Positions 8,087 to 16,175 of a DNA stretch of 16,175 nucleotides are shown one piece after another. The first letter of the stretch is position 1. Every line of letters starts with the position of its first letter. A program made the position numbers and the translations under genes. The notes below the pieces were generated by a model. That model saw only the letters and a list, made by a program, of their open reading frames with translations, had not been told where the DNA came from and ran no database searches. This DNA is from Gemmatimonas sp. (GTDB lineage: Bacteria > Gemmatimonadota > Gemmatimonadetes > Gemmatimonadales > Gemmatimonadaceae), in NCBI GenBank assembly GCA_031414535.1, contig JANNVQ010000058.1:1-16175 (forward strand). The letters run 5' to 3'.

Positions 8087-8159
8087 TGGAGGCGAGGGGA
8101 ATCGAACCCCTGACCTCTTCAATGCCATTGAAGCGCTCTCCCAACTGAGCTACGCCCCC
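8087..8159 (-). tRNA. tRNA-Ala (anticodon GGC)
   Basis: GGGGGCGTAGCTCAGTTGGGAGAGCG-CTTCA-AT-GGC-AT-TGAAG-AGGTCAGGGGTTCGATTCCCCTCGCCTCCA; G3:U70 identity pair and A32-U38. Confidence 0.95.
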
Positions 8160-8206
8160 GTAGTGGAAACGCCCGACCTGCGCGGCGCATCCAACAGGAA
8201 CCGATG

Positions 8207-8235
8207 AAGCTATCTGGGAGTATATGAAGGGTCAA
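8207..8235 (-). promoter_or_regulatory. Sigma70-type promoter for the tRNA-Ala-Gly-Val cluster
   Basis: Minus strand TTGACC-17 nt-TAGCTT, about 47 nt upstream of tRNA-Ala. Confidence 0.6.
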
Positions 8236-8337
8236 GGTGTAAAGCTGGCGTAAATGCTGGAATCGCTTATCTTAGGACTCGCTCAACCCACTCGAATTTC
8301 GCCGGGCTGTACCACGAGCCCAGGATTGTGAATAGCC

Positions 8338-9228
8338 ATGGCAACTGAAGTCAAGAAGCGGAAGCGCCGCACAGCCCCAGCTGGGATCGCCCCCAGCGAG
8401 CCCGAGCGCGACATCCTCGACCAGTACCTCTACGAGGTGTCCACTTACCCGCTGCTGAAGGGGACGGAGGAGATTGACGTCGCCCGGAAGATTCGCGCTG
8501 GTGACCAAGACGCCCTCCAGGAGCTCGTCAAGCGCAACCTGCGCTTCGTCATCTCGGTGGCCAAGAAGTACCAGAACCGCGGCCTCCCCCTCATTGACCT
8601 CATTGGTGAAGGCAATGTCGGCTTGCTCACGGCCGCCCGAAAGTTCGATCCCGACCAAGGCGTAAAGTTCATCTCCTACGCCGTATGGTGGATCCGTCAG
8701 GCCATCTTGAGCTCGCTCGCGCGCCAGGGCCGCACGGTGCGCGTGCCGCTCAACCGTACGGCGGACCTCTCCCGCATCATCAAGGCCTCGGAGATCCTCC
8801 GCCAGAAGCTCCGTCGCGAGCCAACCCCGGAAGAACTCTCGAAGGTCACCGGACTCTCGGTGGATGTCGTGCAGTCGCTCGCCGCGCTCAACACCGGCGA
8901 CGTCCGCCTCGATGCCCCGATGGATCCCGATGGCGATCGCTCGCTCATCGAGCGCTTCGTCGCCGACGAGATGCCAGACACGGAAGAAGAAGCGATGAAC
9001 CGCTTCTTGAACGACGAAATCGAGCACGCGCTCAACACGCTGCCGCCCCGCGACGCCAAGGTTCTCCGCCTGTACTTCGGCCTCGAAGGCGGACGTGAGC
9101 ACACGCTCGAAGAAATCGGTTCCATGCTCGGCGTGACCCGCGAACGCGTGCGGCAGCTGAGAGATAGAGCGCTCAAGCGGCTCCGTGAAGGTGATGTTGG
9201 GCGTGCGTTGGGGAGCTTTGCTGCTTAG
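8338..9228 (+). CDS. RNA polymerase sigma factor, RpoD/SigA family, lacking region 1.1
   Basis: LDQYLYEV (1.2), LVKRNLRFVISVAKKYQNRGL, DLIGEGNVGL, KFISYAVWWIRQAI, RTVRVPLN, TLEEIG...GVTRERVRQL (4.2); 296 aa. Confidence 0.93.
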   Translation: MATEVKKRKRRTAPAGIAPSEPERDILDQYLYEVSTYPLLKGTEEIDVARKIRAGDQDALQELVKRNLRFVISVAKKYQNRGLPLIDLIGEGNVGLLTAARKFDPDQGVKFISYAVWWIRQAILSSLARQGRTVRVPLNRTADLSRIIKASEILRQKLRREPTPEELSKVTGLSVDVVQSLAALNTGDVRLDAPMDPDGDRSLIERFVADEMPDTEEEAMNRFLNDEIEHALNTLPPRDAKVLRLYFGLEGGREHTLEEIGSMLGVTRERVRQLRDRALKRLREGDVGRALGSFAA

Positions 9229-9258
9229 TAACCGGACGGATGACGGATGACGGATGCT

Positions 9259-9292
9259 GAAGGGGCGGCCAACTGGTCGCCCCTTCGCTTTT
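9259..9292 (+). terminator. Intrinsic terminator after the sigma gene
   Basis: GAAGGGGCGGCC-AACT-GGTCGCCCCTTC followed by GCTTTT. Confidence 0.75.
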
Positions 9293-9318
9293 GTGACATC
9301 CGATTTGTGACATCCGAT
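9291..9318 (+). repeat. Perfect 14-bp tandem direct repeat (TTGTGACATCCGAT)x2
   Basis: 9291-9304 and 9305-9318 are identical. Confidence 0.9.
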
Positions 9319-9390
9319 GATGCGGGCAGCAGTTCGCCGCGCCATATTCCGCAGTAGCATCCGTCATCCGTCATCCGTCCAGTCTCCGAA

Positions 9391-10149
9391 ATGATCGTCT
9401 TCGAGAACCTGCACAAGTCGTTCGGCACCAACGATGTCCTCCGTGGCTTCTCCCTCGAAGTCAAAGAGGGCGAGACCATGGTCATCATCGGGTTCTCGGG
9501 CACCGGCAAGTCCGTGGCGATCAAGCACATCGTCGGGCTGCTGGAGCCGGACCAAGGCCGCGTCATCGTAGACGGCGTCGATCCGCAGACACTCTCGCGG
9601 CAGGACCTCTACGCCCTCCGCGGGAAGATTGGCTACGTCTTCCAGTTCGCCGCGCTTTTTGACTCGCTCTCCATCTACGACAACGTTGCGATGGGGCTGC
9701 GCAAGCAAGGCCAGCTCAGCGAAGAGCAGATTCACGAGCGCGTCATCGAGGCGCTAAGCCTCGTGGACCTCGACGAGGATGTGAGCAACAAACTGCCCTC
9801 CGAACTCTCCGGCGGCATGCGCAAGCGCGTCGGCATCGCTCGCTCGGTGGCCCTGCGCCCCAAGTACCTGCTCTACGATGAGCCCACCACCGGACTCGAT
9901 CCCGTCACCTCGGCCATCATCGACGCGCTGATGGTGCGCATGCAGAAGCAGCTCGGCGTCACGGGCATTGTCATCACGCACGACATGCGCTCGGCCTACA
10001 CGGTCGGCACCCGCATCGCGATGCTCTACGAGGGACGGGTCCAGCAAGTCGGCACGGTAGACGAGATCCAGCACACCACGGACCCCATCGTGCGTCAGTT
10101 CATCGAGGGTCGTGCCGAACTCGAACCTGCGGCGGGATTCGGGCGGTGA
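9391..10149 (+). CDS. ABC transporter ATP-binding protein, MlaF/Mkl-like
   Basis: Walker A GFSGTGKS, GYVFQFAALFDSL, ELSGGMRKRVGIAR, LLYDEPTTGLDP, ITHD, C-terminal DPIVRQFI. Confidence 0.9.
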   Translation: MIVFENLHKSFGTNDVLRGFSLEVKEGETMVIIGFSGTGKSVAIKHIVGLLEPDQGRVIVDGVDPQTLSRQDLYALRGKIGYVFQFAALFDSLSIYDNVAMGLRKQGQLSEEQIHERVIEALSLVDLDEDVSNKLPSELSGGMRKRVGIARSVALRPKYLLYDEPTTGLDPVTSAIIDALMVRMQKQLGVTGIVITHDMRSAYTVGTRIAMLYEGRVQQVGTVDEIQHTTDPIVRQFIEGRAELEPAAGFGR

Positions 10150-10640
10150 CCCGGAAGAAGAAGCCCCGCGAAGAGGTCAGCGCCGGCGGGATTGTTTTCC
10201 GCCGCGACGGGGCTCGTACGTTCTACCTGCTCATCCGCGATCCGTATCGCAATTGGGGATTTCCCAAAGGGCATCTGGAAGAAGGCGAGGAGCCGGCGGC
10301 CGCTGCCGTACGCGAAGTCGCTGAGGAAACGGGCGTTGCCGACGTAGCGATGCGTTCGCCGATTGAGACCATTGAATGGACCTTTCGCTTCCGCGGCCGT
10401 CAGATCCATAAGACCTGTCACTTCTTCCTGATGGAAACATCGCAGCGGCGGACCGCCCCGCAGGGTGCCGAGGGCATCACCGCCTGCCGCTGGGCCACCT
10501 ATGAACAGGCGGCCAAGATGATTGCCTACGACAATGCGCGCGCCGTGTTGGAGCAGGCGCACGCGATGCTGAATCCGGATGCCCCCGTGGCGGACACCGC
10601 CCTGCCGGTGACACCCATCTCAACCGCTGCGGTGAGTTGA
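10146..10640 (+). CDS. NUDIX hydrolase (Ap4A hydrolase-like)
   Basis: SAGGIVFR and Nudix box WGFPKGHLEEGEEPAAAAVREVAEETG. GTG overlaps the upstream TGA. Confidence 0.9.
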   Translation: MTRKKKPREEVSAGGIVFRRDGARTFYLLIRDPYRNWGFPKGHLEEGEEPAAAAVREVAEETGVADVAMRSPIETIEWTFRFRGRQIHKTCHFFLMETSQRRTAPQGAEGITACRWATYEQAAKMIAYDNARAVLEQAHAMLNPDAPVADTALPVTPISTAAVS

Positions 10641-10641
10641 G

Positions 10642-11451
10642 ATGCCGGAGCGCATTCTCGGGCCGCTCGCCCTACCGCACGTCGTAGCCTGCGCAGCCCG
10701 CGAGCGCACGAAGGATGCGTTACGACGCGCCTTGCCCCGCCGCCGTGCACGCCTCGCATTCGCGCGCACCGATGGTGAGCTCATCGCCACGCTGCAGACC
10801 TCGCTCGTGGACGCGGTCATCGTGGACCTCGGCCAGGCCAACGAAGAGACTTGGGCCCTGGCGAATGTGGCGAGGGACTTTCCGAGCATTCCGTTCTTTG
10901 CCTATGCGGCGTTCCGGCCCGCGGAGCTCCCGGCGTTCTCCCGCGCCATCTCACTGGAGTTCACCGACTGCATCGCCGAGGGTCTTGAGGATGACCTCAC
11001 GCGTGAGCTCATTGCCCCGGCCACTTTCACGGTGCGCTTCGCGACGGCGTTGCGCGGGGCCGACGCGCGTCTTGGGCTCACGACCTCACTGCAGCACGAA
11101 GCGTGGAAGTACATCGTGGCGCAGGGCGGGCGCACGGTGCGCACGGAAGCCATCGCCGAGGCGGTGGGGCTGACGCGCGAACACTTGAGTCGCCGCTTTT
11201 CGGCCGATGGCGCACCAAACCTGAAGCGCGTGATTGACCTCGTCCGCGTCCTCGCGGCCGCCGAACTGGCCAAGAATCCGGGGTACGATCTCCCCGACAT
11301 CGCGCGCGTGCTCGAGTTCGCGTCGGCCTCGCACTTGAGCGCCAGTTGCCAACGACTCGTCGGCGTGAAGAGCACCTCGCTCGCGCGTTTGCGCCCGGTG
11401 GACTTGATGGAGCGCTTCGTGAAGCAAGGCCGCGGGCGTTCGCGCAGTTGA
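10642..11451 (+). CDS. AraC-like HTH transcriptional regulator with receiver-like N-terminus
   Basis: EAIAEAVGLTREHLSRRF and DIARVLEFASASHLSASCQRLVG (two AraC-type HTHs). N-terminal VDAVIVDLG...FPSIPFFAY. Confidence 0.75.
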   Translation: MPERILGPLALPHVVACAARERTKDALRRALPRRRARLAFARTDGELIATLQTSLVDAVIVDLGQANEETWALANVARDFPSIPFFAYAAFRPAELPAFSRAISLEFTDCIAEGLEDDLTRELIAPATFTVRFATALRGADARLGLTTSLQHEAWKYIVAQGGRTVRTEAIAEAVGLTREHLSRRFSADGAPNLKRVIDLVRVLAAAELAKNPGYDLPDIARVLEFASASHLSASCQRLVGVKSTSLARLRPVDLMERFVKQGRGRSRS

Positions 11452-11468
11452 GCGCGAACTGCGAACTG

Positions 11469-11673
11469 CTTCACCACGGAGACACGGAGGCTCGGAGGGA
11501 GCCGCGACAATCTTTCGGTCCAGCAACCCCAAGAAGCAATTCTTTTGGGGTGCCCGGTGCCAAAGTTTGCAGAGAACCCTCCGTGCCTCCGTGGTGGATA
11601 AGCCTTTATTTCGCAATCACTTAGCAGTCGGAAACGGGAGCAGTCTCCGAGCCTCCGTGCCTCCGTGGTGAAG
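11469..11673. repeat. About 205-bp inverted-repeat element built from C(A/T)CGGAG(A/G) octamers (MITE/REP-like)
   Basis: 11469-11497 CTTCACCACGGAGACACGGAGGCTCGGAG is the reverse complement of 11645-11673 at 28/29 positions. A further partial right arm lies at 11579-11596 and an internal hairpin at 11526-11551. Confidence 0.88.
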
Positions 11674-11702
11674 TCGTTGCACCTGTTGCATACACACCGG
11701 GA

Positions 11703-11720
11703 TTGTGATTATTTTCACAA
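11703..11720. promoter_or_regulatory. Palindromic operator TTGTGA-TTATTT-TCACAA (Rex-box or CRP-like) upstream of atpA
   Basis: Perfect 6-bp arms, one mismatch to TTGTGAANNNNTTCACAA. Overlaps a possible -10 (TTGCAT 11686-11691, 18 nt, TATTTT 11710-11715). Confidence 0.65.
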
Positions 11721-11810
11721 GCTGTACCAGAACCGGCGCCGCGTCACAAATCTGTACGCGTTTGCGCCCTTAAGATTGCTGTTCACTCCACGCTCTTTTC
11801 CGCTACCGAT

Positions 11811-13376
11811 ATGGCTTCCCAGACGGCGCTGCGCCCGGGCGAGATCAAGGACATCCTCCTCCGAGAAATCGAGGCGGCTGATCTCAATACTCTCGATGTC
11901 GAAGAAGTTGGTTCCGTCCTCGAAGTGAAGGACGGCGTCGCTCGCATCTACGGCCTCCAGAAGGCGATGGCCGGCGAGATGCTCGACATCAAGTCTTCCG
12001 AGACTGGCCAGAACATCACGGCCCTCGCGCTCAACCTCGAAGAGGACAACATCGGCGCCGTAGTCTTGGGTGACTATCTCAAGATCAAGGAAGGCGACGA
12101 AGTCCGCCGCACTGCTCGCGTGCTCGAGGTACCCGTTGGCCCCGCGATGATTGGCCGCGTCGTTGACGCGCTCGGTCGTCCGATTGACGGCCAGGGCCCG
12201 ATCGCGACGAGTATGAGCCGCAAGGTGGAGTCAGAGGCCCCGGGCATCATCGTCCGTCAGCCTGTCGGCGAGCCCATGCAAACCGGCATCAAGGCCATTG
12301 ACGCCATGATCCCGATCGGTCGCGGCCAGCGCGAACTCATCATCGGCGACCGCGGCACCGGCAAGACCGCCATCGCGATTGATACGATCATCAACCAGAA
12401 GGGCGCCGGCGTCGTTTGCGTGTACGTCGCCATCGGTCAAAAGGCCTCGACCGTTGCTAGCGTCGTCGAGAAGCTGAAGGAAGCCGGCGCGATGGAGTAC
12501 ACCATCGTCGTGGTCGCCTCCGCTTCAGATCCGGCTCCGATGCAGTACATCGCTCCCTACTCGGGCGTCGCGATGGCTGAGTACTTCATGTATCACGAGG
12601 GCAAGGCCACGCTGGCCGTGTACGACGACCTCACGAAGCAGGCTGCTGCCTACCGCCAGCTCTCGCTGATTCTTCGCCGTCCGCCGGGCCGTGAAGCCTT
12701 CCCTGGCGACGTGTTTTATCTCCACTCCCGTCTGCTCGAGCGCGCCGCGAAGCTTTCGGCCGACCCGAAGATCATTGATAACAAGACGATCTTCGCCGCC
12801 GGTGGTTCGCTCACCGCGCTGCCGATCATCGAAACGCAGGCTGGTGACGTGTCGGCCTACATCCCGACGAACGTCATCTCCATCACCGACGGGCAGATCT
12901 TCCTTGAGTCCGACCTGTTCTTCGCCGGCGTTCGCCCCGCGATCAACGTCGGCATCTCGGTGTCCAGAGTCGGTGGCGCTGCACAGACGAAGGCGATGAA
13001 GTCCGTCGCTGGCCGTCTTCGCCTCGACCTCGCGCAGTATCGCGAACTCGAAGCCTTCTCGGCCTTCGCGTCGGACCTCGACGCCGCCACCAAGAAGCAG
13101 CTCGATCGCGGTGCCCGCACCGTGGAAGTCCTCAAGCAGGGTCAGTACCGCCCGATGGGCTTCGAGACGCAGGTCGCGATCATCTTTGCTTGCGCCAACG
13201 GCTACATCGACGACGTACCAGTCGCAAAGGTGCGCGAGTGGGAGACCGGCTTCCACGAGTACATGAAGTCGCAGTTCCCGCAGGTCGGCGACACCATCAA
13301 GAAGGACAGAGTGGTGTCGAAGGAGACGGAAGCGGAGTTGCGTCGGGCGATTGAGCAGTACAAGAAGACGCGATAA
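11811..13376 (+). CDS. atpA: F1 ATP synthase subunit alpha
   Basis: [56 protein letters not shown]. Confidence 0.99.
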   Translation: MASQTALRPGEIKDILLREIEAADLNTLDVEEVGSVLEVKDGVARIYGLQKAMAGEMLDIKSSETGQNITALALNLEEDNIGAVVLGDYLKIKEGDEVRRTARVLEVPVGPAMIGRVVDALGRPIDGQGPIATSMSRKVESEAPGIIVRQPVGEPMQTGIKAIDAMIPIGRGQRELIIGDRGTGKTAIAIDTIINQKGAGVVCVYVAIGQKASTVASVVEKLKEAGAMEYTIVVVASASDPAPMQYIAPYSGVAMAEYFMYHEGKATLAVYDDLTKQAAAYRQLSLILRRPPGREAFPGDVFYLHSRLLERAAKLSADPKIIDNKTIFAAGGSLTALPIIETQAGDVSAYIPTNVISITDGQIFLESDLFFAGVRPAINVGISVSRVGGAAQTKAMKSVAGRLRLDLAQYRELEAFSAFASDLDAATKKQLDRGARTVEVLKQGQYRPMGFETQVAIIFACANGYIDDVPVAKVREWETGFHEYMKSQFPQVGDTIKKDRVVSKETEAELRRAIEQYKKTR

Positions 13377-13378
13377 AT

Positions 13379-13430
13379 GACGGATGACGGATGACGGAAG
13401 CGGATAAGCATCCGTCATCCGTCTTCCGTC
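13379..13430. repeat. GACGGAT heptamer hairpin in the atpA-atpG spacer
   Basis: 13379-13398 pairs with 13411-13430 at 19/20 positions; 12-nt loop; no U-tract. Confidence 0.9.
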
Positions 13431-13446
13431 CCTTCAACGACTGATA

Positions 13447-15745
<2,299 letters not shown>

Positions 15746-15746
<1 letters not shown>

Positions 15747-15991
15747 TGCTCAAGATCTCGGTCATCAGCCCGGAAGCCACGCTGTTCCAAGGCGAGGCCA
15801 AGAGCATCGTCGCTCCCGCCTTTGATGGCGAGGTCGGCATTCTCTCGGGCCACGCGCCGATGGTCACCACGCTCGGCACCGGCGAACTGCGCATTGATGA
15901 TGGTGCGCAGCGGTTCAAGGTCGAGGGCGGCTTCATGCAGGTGGTGGACGACGTGGTTCGCGTCGTGACGGAGCGCGCGACGAAGCTCTGA
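15746..15991 (+). CDS. atpC: F1 ATP synthase subunit epsilon (beta-sandwich domain only, 81 aa)
   Basis: VISPE, GEVGILSGHAPMVTTLGTG, VEGGFMQV. TAATG overlap with atpD. Confidence 0.95.
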
Positions 15992-16004
15992 GCCTTTGCT
16001 TGGT

Positions 16005-16041
16005 GAACTGCGGGTCACCACGGAGGCACGGAGGCTCGGAG
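16005..16041 (+). repeat. Left arm of a second octamer-repeat element
   Basis: GAACTGC...TCACCACGGAGGCACGGAGGCTCGGAG; 16015-16041 matches 11471-11497 at 26/27 positions. Confidence 0.88.
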
Positions 16042-16175
16042 AACTTCAGAAGCAAGCAACATCTCGAGGGGGTGCGCGCCCCTAAAACGGCGCCGCCCCC
16101 CCCACGGGTTGTTTTGGACCCGGCTCCGGGCCACCGGGGGGGAAGCCGGTTGAAAGGAAACCCATATACGGTTTT

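Larger units (their letters stand above)
9231..9383. repeat. Inverted pair of GACGGAT heptamer arrays enclosing a terminator and a 14-bp tandem repeat
   Basis: 9231-9258 ACCGGACGGATGACGGATGACGGATGCT is the reverse complement of 9356-9383 at 27/28 positions. Confidence 0.9.

Noticed and set aside
8306..8331. GCTGTACCA and GGATTGTGA 9-mers shared between the sigma and atpA upstream regions
   Set aside because: Short, in swapped order, and only a half-site upstream of sigma; cannot be distinguished from chance.
8272..9360. 362-aa minus-strand ORF opposite the sigma gene
   Set aside because: Typical antisense shadow of a conserved GC-rich gene, with no recognisable motifs.
11599..11624. IHF-like or dif-like site TAAGCCTTTATTTCGCAATCACTTAG inside the octamer element
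   Set aside because: Only the CAA-N4-TTA part of the IHF consensus matches, and it does not fit a dif consensus.
16076..16175. Terminal sequence with homopolymer runs
   Set aside because: No interpretable ORF or structure and no matching right arm of the repeat; it may be low-quality contig-end sequence.

Overview
GC-rich bacterial core-genome window. Gene content and style (region-1.1-less SigA, short AtpC, few Shine-Dalgarno sites) suggest Gemmatimonadota or another FCB-group lineage; this is inference. Left to right: partial rlmI-like methyltransferase (-), aroH (+), a minus-strand unit tRNA-Arg(CCG)-rho-ruvX(yqgF)-mltG, a sigma-region-2/FecR fusion translationally coupled to an exported DsrE-family protein (+), tRNA-Pro(CGG) and tRNA-Arg(ACG) (-), an exported TPR/FxLYD protein (-), tRNA-Val/Gly/Ala (-), a short RpoD/SigA-type sigma factor, an MlaF-like ABC ATPase, a NUDIX hydrolase, an AraC-type HTH protein and a stand-alone F1 cluster atpA-atpG-atpD-atpC (+). 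No integrase, transposase or CRISPR array. Most interesting signals: (1) the degenerate ECF-sigma/FecR hybrid lacking region 4 and the Gly-Thr self-cleavage motif, paired with a DsrE protein; (2) orientation-biased GACGGAT heptamer arrays at gene 3' ends; (3) a second, octamer-based inverted-repeat element on both sides of the atp cluster; (4) a C-rich rho leader; (5) a Rex/CRP-like palindrome upstream of atpA.
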